Assembly (NCBI GenBank): GCA_964016885.1
Contig: OZ024741.1
Location: 135,470,001-135,534,000, forward strand
Direction of reading: 5' to 3'
Length of the DNA: 64,000 nucleotides
Source of the DNA: Eledone cirrhosa
Taxonomy: Eukaryota
This document shows, in pieces, positions 13,001-26,305 of this stretch. The position numbers and the translations under genes are program-made. The notes beneath the pieces are model-generated. The model was not told where the DNA came from, made no database searches, and was given only the letters and a program-made list of their open reading frames with translations. Within the stretch, counting starts at the first letter, position 1; every line of letters starts with the position of its first letter.

Positions 13001-16000
13001 GCCAATAGTGTCATTCTAACCACCTGCCAATAGTGTCATTCTAACCACCTGCCAATAGTGTCATTCTAACCACCTGCCAATAGTGTAATTCTAACCACCT
13101 GCCAATAGTGTCATTCTAACCACCTGCCAATAATGTCACTCTAACCACCTGCCAATAGTGTCATTCTAACCACCTGCCAATAGTGTCATTCTAACCACCT
13201 GCCAATAGTGTCACTCTAACCACATGCCAATAGTGTCATTCTAACCACCTGCCAATAGTGTCACTCTAACCACATGCCAATAGTGTCACTTTAACCACAT
13301 GCCAATAGTGTCATTCTAACCACATGCCAATAGTGTCATTCTAACCACATGCCAATAGTGTCATTCTAACCACCTGCCAATAGTGTCATTCTAACCACCT
13401 GCCAATAGTGTCATTGTAACCACATGCCAATAGTGTCATTCTAACCACCTGCCAATAGTGTCACTCTAACCACATGCCAATAGTGTCACTCTAACCACCT
13501 GCCAATAGTGTCATTCTAACCACATGCCAATAGTGTCACTCTAACCACATGCCAATAGTGTCATTCTAACCACCTGCCAAGGTGTCATTCTAACCACCTG
13601 CCAATAGTGTCACTCCTACCACCTGCTAATAGTGTCACTTTAACCACCTGCCAATAGTGTCATTCTAACCACCTGCCAATAGTGTCATTCTAACCACCTG
13701 CTAATAGTGTCACTTTAACCACCTGCCAATAGTGTCATTCTAACCACCTGCCAATAGTGTCATTCTAACCACCTGCCAATAGTGTCACTTTAACCACCTG
13801 CCAATAGTGTCATTCTAACCACATGCCAATAGTGTCATTCTAACCACCTGCCAATAGTGTCACTTTAACCACCTGCCAATAGTGTCATTCTAACCACCTG
13901 CCAATAGTGTCATTCTAACCACCTGCCAATAGTGTCATTCTAACCACCTGCCAATAGTGTCATTCTAACCACATGCCAATAGTGTCATTCTAACCACCTG
14001 ACAATAGTGTCATTCTAACCACCTGCCAATAGTGTCACTCTAACCACCTGCCAATAGTGTCACTTTAACCACCTGCCAATAGTGTCATTCTAACCACCTG
14101 CCAATAGTGTCATTCTAACCACCTGCTAATAGTGTCACTTTAACCACCTGCCAATAGTGTCATTCTAACCACCTGCCAATAGTGTCATTCTAACCACCTG
14201 CCAATAGTGTCACTTTAACCACCTGCCAATAGTGTCATTCTAACCACATGCCAATAGTGTCATTCTAACCACCTGCCAATAGTGTCACTTTAACCACCTG
14301 CCAATAGTGTCATTCTAACCACCTGCCAATAGTGTCATTCTAACCACCTGCCAATAGTGTCATTCTAACCACCTGCCAATAGTGTCATTCTAACCACATG
14401 CCAATAGTGTCATTCTAACCACCTGCCAATAGTGTCATTCTAACCACCTGCCAATAGTGTCACTCTAACCACCTGCCAATAGTGTCACTCTAACCACATG
14501 CCAATAGTGTCACTCTAACCACCTGCCAATAGTGTCATTCTAACCACCTGCCAATAGTGTCATTCTAACCACATGCCAATAGTGTCATTCTAACCACCTG
14601 CCAATAGTGTCATTCTAACCACATGACAATAGTGTCATTCTAACCACCTGCCAATAGTGTCATTCTAACCACCTGCCAATAGTGTCACTTTAACCACCTG
14701 CCAATAGTGTCATTCTAACCACATGCCAATAGTGTCATTCTAACCACCTGCCAATAGTGTCATTCTAACCACATGACAATAGTGTCATTCTAACCACATG
14801 CCAATAGTGTCATTCTAACCACATGACAATAGTGTCATTCTAACCACATGCCAATAGTGTCATTCTAACCACCTGCCAATAGTGTCATTCTAACCACCTG
14901 CCAATAGTGTCATTCTAACCACATGCCAATAGTGTCATTCTAACCACCTGCCAATAGTGTCACTCTAACCACATGCCAATAGTGTCATTCTAACCACCTG
15001 CCAATAGTGTCATTCTAACCACATGCCAATAGTGTCACTCTAACCACATGCCAATAGTGTCATTCTAACCACATGCCAATAGTGTCATTCTAACCACCTG
15101 CCAATAGTGTCATTCTAACCACATGACAATAGTGTCATTCTAACCCCATGACAATAGTGTCATTCTAACCACCTGCCAATAGTGTCATTCTAACCACTTG
15201 CCAATAGTGTCATTCTAACCACCTGCCAATAGTGTCATTCTAACCACCTGCCAATAGTGTCATTCTAACCACCTGCCAATAGTGTCATTCTAACCACCTG
15301 CCAATAGTGTCACTCTAACCACCTGCCAATAGTGTCACTCTAACCACCTGCCAATAGTGTCATTCTAACCACATGCCAATAGTGTCATTCTAACCACCTG
15401 CCAATAGTGTCATTCTAACCACCTGCCAATAGTGTCATTCTAACCACCTGCCAATAGTGTCACTGTAACCACCTGCCAATAGTGTCATTCGAACCACATG
15501 CCAATAGTGTCACTCTAACCACATGCCAATAGTGTCATTCTAACCACCTGCCAATAGTGTCACTGTAACCACCTGCCAATAGTGTCATTCTAACCACCTG
15601 CCAATAGTGTCATTCTAACCACCTGCCAATAGTGTCATTCTAACCACCTGCCAATAGTGTCACTCTAACCACATGCCAATAGTGTCATTCTAACCACCTG
15701 CCAATAGTGTCACTCTAACCACATGCCAATAGTGTCATTCTAACCACATGCCAATAGTGTCATTCTAACCACATGCCAATAGTGTCACTCTAACCACATG
15801 CCAATAGTGTCACTTTAACCACCTGCCAATAGTGTCACTCTAACCACCTGCCAATAGTGTCATTCTAACCACCTGCCAATAGTGTCATTCTAACCACATG
15901 CCAATAGTGTCATTCTAACCACCTGCCAATAGTGTCATTCTAACCACATGCCAATAGTGTCACTCTAACCACCTGCCAATAGTGTCACTCTAACCACATG

Positions 16001-16215
16001 ACAATAGTGTCATTCTAACCACCTGCCAATAGTGTCATTCTAACCACATGCCAATAGTGTCATTCTAACCACCTGCCAATAGTGTCATTCTAACCACATG
16101 CCAATAGTGTCATTCTAACCACATGCCAATAGTGTCACTCTAACCACATGACAATAGTGTCACTTTAACCACCTGCCAATAGTGTCACTCTAACCAGCTG
16201 CCAATAGTGTAATTC
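4037..16215. repeat. 25-bp tandem satellite, ~487 units, consensus CA(T/C)TCTAACCAC(C/A)TGCCAATAGTGT
   Basis: Strict 25-bp period (GCCAATAGTG at 4201, 4226, 4251...) with one 1-bp register shift at ~13581. Stop codons occur in all frames and there are no spacers. Confidence 0.99.
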
Positions 16216-16224
16216 AGCCCCCGC

Positions 16225-16535
16225 AATTCTTGCACTTAATCCAGCCTCCTGTCTTCCATCACTCGTGAACACGACCCCTAAATACTAGAACTTCTCCACC
16301 TGCTTCAACAGAACGCCATTCACATGTTGAGTGCACTGTGCAGGCTTCCAAGTCGAAGGCGGATGAATCAGTTTTCACATCCATGTAGCACTCGGCTTCA
16401 AACATATCTTGCAAATCGGAGATAACCTTCTGTTGAGTTAAGTAACTCCATGAAGTCGACAAATTCCTGACGGCTGTTTTACACCTGCCAGTCGTGATAC
16501 CACTTCCAACACGACTGCGCACATCAATCCTGTTC
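16225..16535 (-). pseudogene. Decayed non-LTR retrotransposon (RTE-like) post-RT fragment
   Basis: Minus-strand frames give DVRSRVG, VLHGCEN* (compare LYGCETW) and RVMED../WIKCK (compare HVxRMEDxxWxKKC), with stops and frameshifts. Confidence 0.4.
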
Positions 16536-16984
16536 ATCAAAATAATTCTGCCGAGGTCAACTTTGTCTTTAATCCTTTCTGGGTTCATAAATAAAATACC
16601 AGTCCTATAATATGGTCGATGTAATCGACTGTATCTAATTTAGAAATCAGTATATACAGAATCTAAAATAAATAGAGAAGAATGACTAATTATATATAAA
16701 CCAGGAACATGTATGTTATTCTATTGTAATTTCTTGTGATATCAGGATTTGGCCCCATAGTTCAATCAGCTCCCTGGATAGTTCTATTGATCCCAGACAT
16801 CTACATAAATAAATAAATGAACACATCACTAAACAGAATTTATAATAGTCTATGTAAGCTAATTAAATATCTAAATCAGAAACCTGTATAAACAAGATTT
16901 ATTTTACTGCATTATTTTATGTATTAACATTTCTTATACAATTGTCAGGTTCTAGTCCAACGTTCAATCAAACCTCTGAGTAGA

Positions 16985-17030
16985 CTCATTGCCCCTTGGG
17001 GATCGATATCGACCAGTTTGGGGGCCACTG
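16985..17030 (-). mobile_element. Possible single hAT (Charlie-like) transposon terminus
   Basis: The minus strand begins CAGTGGCCCCCAAACTG, resembling hAT TIRs (CAGTGGTTCCCAAACT). No partner end was found. Confidence 0.35.
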
Positions 17031-17163
17031 CTTAAGGCAGTAGATGCTGATTTGATAGATTTTAGAGAGAGAGAAAGCGAGTAAACAGAGAGACTGAAAG
17101 AAAAAAGAAAGCGAGAGGAAGAGAGAGAGAGAGAGAAGGAGAGAAGGAGAGGGAGATAGTGAC

Positions 17164-17234
<71 letters not shown>

Positions 17235-17568
17235 GGGAAAGAGAGGGAGTAGAAAGAGTTGGTTACTGCTTCTAGCAGATCGAGCAACTATCAAAAGGCT
17301 CCTTCATAAAATTATATATATATAAACATATGTTACACGAAAAATAAAAGTAAGTTAATAATAAGGCATTACAGAGAATATATCTCTACAAGAATAATTT
17401 CACGGCAAATGTTGAATACTACTTGAACCATTTTAACCACCAACACCTTTAGACATGTCTCCAATATATCATCTCAATAAAATATGAAATCAATAGTATA
17501 AACATTTAAGGTTTCCACTATAACGATTAGATTGATCCGTAATAACTTGTTCGACCGATTAACCAACA

Positions 17569-17618
<50 letters not shown>

Positions 17619-17786
17619 AGTGTGTGGTGATGAATGCAACGTTGCTGATAGTGATATATTATACTACAATGGTCTTGGCTGTTATCAATTGCAAACAATG
17701 AAAGCGGGATTAATACTTGAGAAACGAAGACCGTTTAACAGTATGTCAATAGATATATATATATAGAGAGAGAGAGCGAGAGAGAG

Positions 17787-17821
<35 letters not shown>

Positions 17822-17830
17822 TATATAAAG

Positions 17831-17891
<61 letters not shown>

Positions 17892-18035
17892 TATATGTGT
17901 GTGTGTGTGTGTGTGTAGGTGTGTGTATTAGGTGCGAGTATGTATCCGAGTATGTACACAGATATTACACTTACAATAAACACACAGGTGAATGTGAATA
18001 TATACACACAAGTGCATGCACATACACACACACAC

Positions 18036-18104
<69 letters not shown>

Positions 18105-18989
18105 GAGAAATATAGGTCTGCTTGTTCCCATATATATCCCTACAAAATGAAAGATTTGGCATGAAAATACCATTTGTCACATTTACCACAGTATAGCCCA
18201 ACATCAGTATGAAGTTTTGGCAAGATAAATGTTTTTAATAACAAACGTGAAATGCGATATAATTAGTAATGGACCGGCAATTATACCCTGTTTCATAGTG
18301 ATGAATACTAAAACATAGTGTTGTGCTCGTGACATTTGAGACCTAAAGTATCCTTAGTATCTGGACTGCCATTTCTCTGTTCCAACTCTGAAGGAGGGCA
18401 TCCTGTGATTGGATTCATTTATGCAGCTGAGATAAAATGGTGTGCAGCTGAGATAAAATGTCCAGTCACGCACGCACACACGGATACACACACACGCACA
18501 CTCGTACACACACACATATCTGTATAAAGAATGATAATGAATGAGTGTTTTTCGTTTTCCTTTTTAGTTTCAAAACATTAGGAATTATATATGAAGTCTA
18601 GATAACCCTGAACTTTTGGCATCAATGGCATCATTTTCTGAAGTGTATCATTCCTATTTCCTGAATTGTTCAGCAGCAATAATATTAATATATAAAAAAG
18701 AAAAAAATCGCTTCATTAAATATCAAAATAGGTTATGCGATTGATTAGTGATACAATACAGTGCATTCCTCATTATTTTTCTTGATTCTTTTCCGTCATG
18801 TTTTACATGGACAGTTCCAATAACATAATGAGTAGAAATTGCTAGTCCCTTGTTTAATCACCTCCCCACCCCATAAATGGAAAAATTCTTGAAACTTGTC
18901 AGACAGTATCTGCTGTGGCTCTGTGTATTCTGGATTCAAATTCCGCCTCCTGTCATTAGAAATGTGCTGAGGATTCTGTCAGGAGTTGC

Positions 18990-19330
18990 GACTGGTCGAT
19001 GGCATATCGCTTTTTCCTGCGGGCTTGTCTCTCGTGGAGACTAGTTGTTCTAAAATAGCGATAGGTAATATATCCCTTCTCCAGTAGGCTGGTCCCTTAT
19101 GCAGAGCAATAGGCGTAAAATACCGATAGATATTATAATATAGCCTTTTCCCAGCAGGCTAGCTTTTCGAGAGAATTAGTTGGCCTACAAGACCGTCAGA
19201 CAGTGTACCCCCATCCCAGAAAGCTTGCTTCTTATGAGAAGTAATTGGCCTAGGAGACCGACGGAGAGTATATGCCTTCGACATCAGGCCGGCCACTATG
19301 GAAAGTAATTGGCGTAAAAACAGTGATAAT
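18990..19330. repeat. Highly diverged ~65-bp tandem repeat, ~5 units
   Basis: The motif TA(A/G)TTGGC(C/G)TA..A(G/T)ACCGA recurs at ~19042, 19107, 19177, 19242 and 19306. Confidence 0.6.
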
Positions 19331-19485
19331 GAATATTCTCAAATATCAATTAAAATTTGTACATGGCATTTCGCACTCAGGGAATAATAATTAAGAATAA
19401 ACGTTTAAGTTATCAATAACTAAGAAAAATTGGCTCCAGTAGGATTTAAGCTCGGAACTTGAACGAGACGAGACGAGGCAAAATC

Positions 19486-19801
19486 CAATAATTGTTTCTA
19501 CTTTTGGCACAAAGCCACCACATACACAGTGCATTACTGGTACTTTATTTTATCGACCCTATGCGTCAAAGCATGGCGTCCGACCCCCTACCGATACTGC
19601 CAATCCACCGCCCTAAATAATTGTTTCTACTTTTGGCACAAGGCCAGCAATTACCCAGTGCATTACCGGTACTTTATTTTATCACCCCGTAAGGATGAAA
19701 GGCAAAGTTAACCTCGGCGGGATTTGAACTCAGAATGGAAAGGGGCGTAACTCTATGCGTCAAAGCATGGAGTCCGACCCTCTACTGATACTGCCAATCC
19801 A
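19486..19801 (-). mobile_element. Two tandem SINE family A copies, the first internally deleted
   Basis: AATTGTTTCTACTTTTGGCACAA...CCGATACTGCCAATCC occurs twice (19486-19612 and 19614-19801). Confidence 0.8.
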
Positions 19802-19934
19802 ATGGTATTTAATCTGCTGCCTCAGCATTTCAACTCAATATCTTTCCCGGTTAGAAATATTGATTTTTGTTTCAATGAGGGTCACATGATAAATTCTTGT
19901 GAAAAGGAGACGAAGGGTGAGGTAATAGATTACA

Positions 19935-20040
<106 letters not shown>

Positions 20041-21497
20041 GACATGCTTTATAGATCGTGAAGGTATCAAAGGCAATACTGAAAAACTGGCAATATTTGA
20101 ACTCGGATTATTCTAAAAGTTAATAAGTTTCTCACTATTTTCTCTTCTTTCGGTGTTATGGGAACGAATACTTGTAAAATTGAAGAGAAGCCGAAAATGA
20201 AACCTGCTGTAACATTTCTCCCTGGCGAAATATCTTTTCGATCTGTGAAATCTTGAAAGGGAGAAATCTACTCCTTCTAAAATCTTTGATGCAGCAGCTT
20301 AAAGGAGATAAGTTGGATCTCAGAAAAAATAATACGCAGAAGAAATTAAATCTTGGAATTAAGGAACAGAGGATGCATAAAAATCATGTAGTATGAAAAA
20401 TAACAGGTAAACTTTTAAAGGAAAAGCTATAAACAAAAACAACCAGATAGGCTCTGAGATTTGCCATATTTGTGGGCTTATAAAATATATTTATTTTTTC
20501 AAAACTTCTCGCTATATAATTGAGGTGCGTCTCTTTATAAGCCGTCCAATATAGCACAAATTTCACGAACAAATTCGGTTGAATATCACACTGTATATAC
20601 AAGGTTTTATCATTAGGCTTCCACAATATGAAAGCAATATCATAAATAAGCGCAAGAAAACTGGATGAAAATGTGTATATTGCATCTATTGATCCATGGT
20701 TCCTGAATCTCTCATAAAGTTTTATGAACGTCGTCAGGGCATACAATGTAGCTTGGGCATTTAAAGCTGGCGAAACTCATCCCTCTCCTAGTCGGAACGT
20801 GAACAATTTATTCCAGAGAGAGAGAGAAAGAGAGATTCGACCTTAATACTACTTGACTCTTGTACTTTATTTACCGAACTCGCAAGGAGAAGAGGCAAAG
20901 GTGACCTCGTTGTGATTTGGCCACAGAGAGCAAAGAACAGCAAAGCTTTCCGACGCGGGTCTCGCAGGCACTTTTCTGCGGCAACAGTTTCGCCATCTTG
21001 TCTGTGGAGAAGGTGAGATATACTACTCAGTTATAGGTGTAGAATCCATCTCGTGGGGTGGAGTAGCTGATGTAGTGGGTATTGCTAAGGTACCGTCCAG
21101 CGAAGGGTGTTGTGTTCGTCTCCTTCCCATTTCTTTCACCTTCTCCCTTTTTTCTTTTTGTTGTTTCTCTTTACATTTATCATTATGATATTGTACATAA
21201 AATAGTGGTTGAGTATTCCATGTGTAATAACTGTTGGCTGGGTTACTTTACCAATTTCTGTCAAAAGAAAATTTGTTACTAGAAAAAATTATCAATTAGT
21301 AACATACTGTGCCTTAGATAAATATATTACAGCTGACGGACGTCGTAAATTTACCAACAAGAACTAAGGTGAAGTAAGCATTAGAATTTGTTAATGAAGA
21401 TTTACATTCATCCGGGGATTTTTGGCTTAACAGTTCATATTGATGCCTCTTATTTCCTCTTTCTTTCCGTCTTTCTTTCTTTCTTTCGTTCTTTTTT

Positions 21498-21568
<71 letters not shown>

Positions 21569-21611
21569 CTCTCCCTCTCTCTCTCACATACATGTTAGAC
21601 CCTCATCACCA

Positions 21612-21790
21612 CTAACGACGAGTGTTCCAGCTGGTCAATCAACGGAACAACCACGTTCATGAAATTAACGTGAAAGTGACTGAGTATTCCACATACATGC
21701 TTCTCTAATACAGTCTCAACGTTAGAAATCTAACTCGTGATTGTGTGGCCATCAACTGAACACTCTGATTACTAAGCCACGCATTTTCAC
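21612..21790 (-). mobile_element. SINE family B fragment
   Basis: Matches parts of the fuller copy at 49585-49895 (GTGTTCCAG.TG.TC.ATCAACGGAACA; TAAGCCACGC). Confidence 0.65.
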
Positions 21791-21852
21791 CACACACTTG
21801 TACACACATATATGCACTTGCACATGCATACACACATGCATACTCTCACAAT

Positions 21853-21941
<89 letters not shown>

Positions 21942-21945
21942 CACA

Positions 21946-21987
<42 letters not shown>

Positions 21988-22584
21988 CACACACACACAC
22001 CCATCGTTCCTCTACCGGTTACCGGTATTCCATCCGTCCACAGGACCCGTAATAAATTCTTCGCATAATTCTTCCTCCCTTCACTTTTTTTCCTGCAGGT
22101 GTTAACTATTTAAATGGAACATTAACTGTATCGATCTTATCGATCTCGGACGGTCTGAGGAAGCTAGGTGCATATGTCCTCCCTCGAGATCAATCAGATT
22201 AAAAATCAAATCAAATTAGGAATAACTTAATATATTTAGGATTTTAACTGGATTGATCAGATGGAAGGGTGTTGTTGTTTGACCTCAGGTCGGCCGTAAT
22301 TGAGCAGTCCTACAATCAAAGACTTTCCAACCGTGACCTTCTCCTCGTTTTTGATATCTAAGATATTAATATCCAATGTGTCCTTTCCATTTTTAAGACA
22401 GCATCGTGTGATTTCAGGAAGGTTTAGCTACTAGTTCTCGCATATCTAGCAACCATTCTGATGTTTCCAGTTAATTCTATTACAAAAGCCATGAAGATCT
22501 TCAAGCGCCATTTATTCCTTCCTCTAAGAAACAGGACTGTTGTTTTTGTTAATCAAAACGAAAGAGACATAATTATATTTTCTC

Positions 22585-22865
22585 TGCGCGTGGCATAGTA
22601 GTTAGTGTGTTGCACTTACGATCATAATGTCGTGCGTTTGATTCATAGACTGGGTTGTGACTTGTGTTCTTGAGCAAAACACTTCATTCCACGTTGCTCC
22701 ACTATACTCAGCTGAAAATGAGTACCAGCAGTGGCTGAAAATTTAGCTCTGTGATGAACTGGCATTCTGTCCTGCGGGAGTCATGTACTCTCAGTCGATT
22801 AACCTCAAGGAAACTGATATGAGGCCGGTCTAATGGGCACCAGGGCTTGAGACAGACTTTAGACT
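22585..22865 (+). mobile_element. tRNA-derived SINE family B
   Basis: TGGCATAGTAGTTAG A-box and GTTTGATTC B-box, then GTTCTTGAGCAAAACACTT..CACGTTGCTCCA..AAAATGAGTACCAG. Homologous to 42279-42560. Confidence 0.8.
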
Positions 22866-23401
22866 GAGACTTTTAAAAATGTGTATGCTATGGTTATTAT
22901 AAGAGCGCTGTACACATATTTCAGAATATACTAATCCATAATTAGTAGACGTTTACTTGCTACAAGATGCTGAGATAGAAGAAGCATATATATTATTACA
23001 TCCTATCCTATCCTCGGTCGTTAAGAATTTTGCAAGTAAACTATTTTTGTTAATAGTTTATTTACATATAATGCAAACTTGCCTGACTAACACAACGTGA
23101 TTCACAATAAATCTGCATATGAACTCAAAATATATTTAGGAATAATAAACATACATATAATCTCGCTGTGGGTATATTAAGCCGTGATCATATCGATTAA
23201 TTCAGAACCGATGTAAGGCGGCTGTATCCATGTACATAAACATATGGTTATTTACCGGTACTAAGGTAGATGTGGTATGATCATAACTTAAAATATATAC
23301 ATCACTAGATCGTCGGATAGAATACTCACGGTATTCGGTTCGGTTCTCTGTCCTTCATCATTCCGGAGTTAGATAAAATACCACTCCAGTAAAAGGGTCG
23401 A

Positions 23402-23513
<112 letters not shown>

Positions 23514-23515
23514 GT

Positions 23516-23635
23516 GACGGCGTGTGGCTGAGTGGTTAGAGAATTGGATTCGCACTCGTGAAGTTGTGAGTTCGATTCCTGGACCAGGCGATGCGTTATG
23601 TCCTTGAGCAAGACACTTTATTTCACGTTGCTCCT
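23516..23635 (+). mobile_element. SINE family B 5' part
   Basis: TGGCTGAGTGGTTAG A-box, GAGTTCGATTCC B-box, then GTCCTTGAGCAAGACACTTTATTTCACGTTGCTCC. Confidence 0.8.
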
Positions 23636-23644
23636 TCTACTTGG

Positions 23645-23720
23645 AGTTACGACCGATAGATAGTATTAGCAATTGGAAAGACCAACGGAAACATTGTTTC
23701 CTCGGTCCGATTTGACGAAA
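23645..23720. repeat. Short interspersed repeat, family C
   Basis: CAATTGGAAAGACCAACGGAAACATTGTTTCCTCGGTCCGATTTGACGA. Related copies at ~33270-33375 (reverse), 43400-43480, 43524-43575 and 44885-44950 (reverse). Confidence 0.65.
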
Positions 23721-24244
23721 GTCGATCGCTTAAAAAAATAAAAAAAATATATATATATATATATATTGTAAGAAGTTAACTGGGCTAACACCCGAAGAAA
23801 GTTGGGCTGCACAATGTTTAAAATGCACACAATACACCGTATTTCAGGACGGGACCTCTTCGACACCACCAGCCATTTCAGAGTCCCATGTATACAGCAC
23901 TGAAACACCGGTACAGAGGTAGCTGTAATAGGATCACAGCTTTAAATACTCACAGCGAGACTATATGTATTTTAACTTACATATAAACATTCTCTATGGA
24001 TCCATTTAACTATTTGTGTCATCGTTACATAGTTTTAGCTCTTGTAACATTAACAAACATTGGTTTTATACTTAGCTTTAGACTGAAGTGAGAACTCGAT
24101 AAAAGGGAAAAAAATGGAATATATTTATGGATCCCTGAATATTTATTTCTGAGATAGAATATGGTGAAGCATTCCAATCTTATAATCAGTAGGAAATCAG
24201 ATTCACATACAGACATAATTCTTACATACACACACTAATATTCA

Positions 24245-24550
<306 letters not shown>

Positions 24551-24770
24551 CACGAACATATAGTGTATGTTTCTAACGTGCTTTAAAATAATCCTCACAT
24601 AACTCAACGTGGATTCTCGAAGTAAGAAAGTAATTCCATAATCCATAAACTATAAATAGTCATTCGAACGAAAATATGACTTCCATTCTTTCTTCTCTCT
24701 ATAAATTTTATCTCTCCCACTCTATCCACCTGTCTGTGTATCTATCTATAAATCTCTCTCCCCCCGCCTT

Positions 24771-24824
<54 letters not shown>

Positions 24825-24858
24825 TATACATACATCTATATTTATTTATCTCCCCCCC

Positions 24859-24895
<37 letters not shown>

Positions 24896-24929
24896 CATAT
24901 ATATACATACATCTATATTTATTTATCCT

Positions 24930-25007
<78 letters not shown>

Positions 25008-25140
25008 CATAATGTGTGAAATTTTAAAAGCTTATATGGAATGGAAAAGATCTCGTGCGCGAGGAGAGCTTCTTGTCCAAGCGACTCGACACCAACTTTA
25101 TAAATCTGTACATATTGAGATAAAATCATTTCTACGCTAA

Positions 25141-25186
<46 letters not shown>

Positions 25187-25303
25187 GCGCGTACATTTGC
25201 TTTTAGTGAGAAGCTCTCAGTAGTGACTACTTGACATTTAGAAATGTCTAATCTTGAAATATATATATACTGTACGCTCTTCTTGATTACCAATAACCAA
25301 ACA

Positions 25304-25371
<68 letters not shown>

Positions 25372-25659
25372 ATGTGCATTCGGATGACTCAATCAGTGTA
25401 ACTTTCTGGAAGTTTACACATTCACGATTCATCGAGCGATAAATTTTTCCTGTATTCCAAAGAAGAAAAAAACGAAATTGAAATTGTCGAAGATATCTTC
25501 ACACTGTATCCAATTCATTGGTTATTTTATATAATTTGGGTCAACAATTTCTTGCTTCTACTATTACTTCTCTATAATTATCTCACAATTGACATTGATG
25601 TTATTACTCCAGTCATTAGGTATGACACTATCTTGCACAATATAGGCTGTGTTTGTGCT

Positions 25660-25925
25660 GGGTTCTGTCGGTTCCGACGACGAGTGTTCCAGTTTTTTGA
25701 ACGACAGAACGACTGAACAGACTGCTCGTGAAAGTAACGCGCAAATGGCTGAGCATTCCACAGATACGTCTACCCTTTATGTAACCCCCTAGGAGATTGA
25801 ATTACCGGTACATCTCACAGACTTAAGCAACGTGAAAATGTGTCTTGGTCACGGGCAAAACTTGCCTCAGAGAATCAAACTTATGTTCTTACGACCAAAC
25901 ACCCTAACCACTAAGCCATGCACAT
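25660..25925 (-). mobile_element. SINE family B, internally deleted
   Basis: GACGACGAGTGTTCCAG...AGCAACGTGAAAATGTGTCTTG...CCCTAACCACTAAGCCA. Confidence 0.7.
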
Positions 25926-26238
25926 TCATGATTTTTTAACCAGTGTTCTGCTTTGTATTTATAGCCATCTGTTGCATCCATCTGAAGAAGTATGTAGTGA
26001 AGAAATATCAATTAACGTGTCTTGCGTGCACCACCAAACTACATTAAATATGGTGCCGTAAACGAACTAAGATTCCTGTCTGTCTTCCATGCTGTCCATT
26101 ATAAATTATTTAAAATGTATGTATTGGGGTATGTGTGAACTGATTTACCACTCACTGTTCAAGGGTTAGTCAGCCTCGTGGTCCCAGCGGACTAACCCTT
26201 CAATAGTATGTTTGTGCATATATCTCACTATATATATG

Positions 26239-26305
<67 letters not shown>

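Noticed and set aside
4037-16215. CRISPR array or coding repeat
   Set aside because: The units are contiguous with no unique spacers, there are no cas genes, the context is eukaryotic, and the 25-bp period puts stop codons in every frame.
4037-16215. Telomeric repeat (CTAACC resembles CCCTAA)
   Set aside because: Only a partial hexamer within a 25-mer, and the array is interstitial with ordinary flanks.
20384-20746. 120-aa ORF as a host exon
   Set aside because: No recognisable domain or splice context. Small host exons elsewhere cannot be excluded without RNA-seq.
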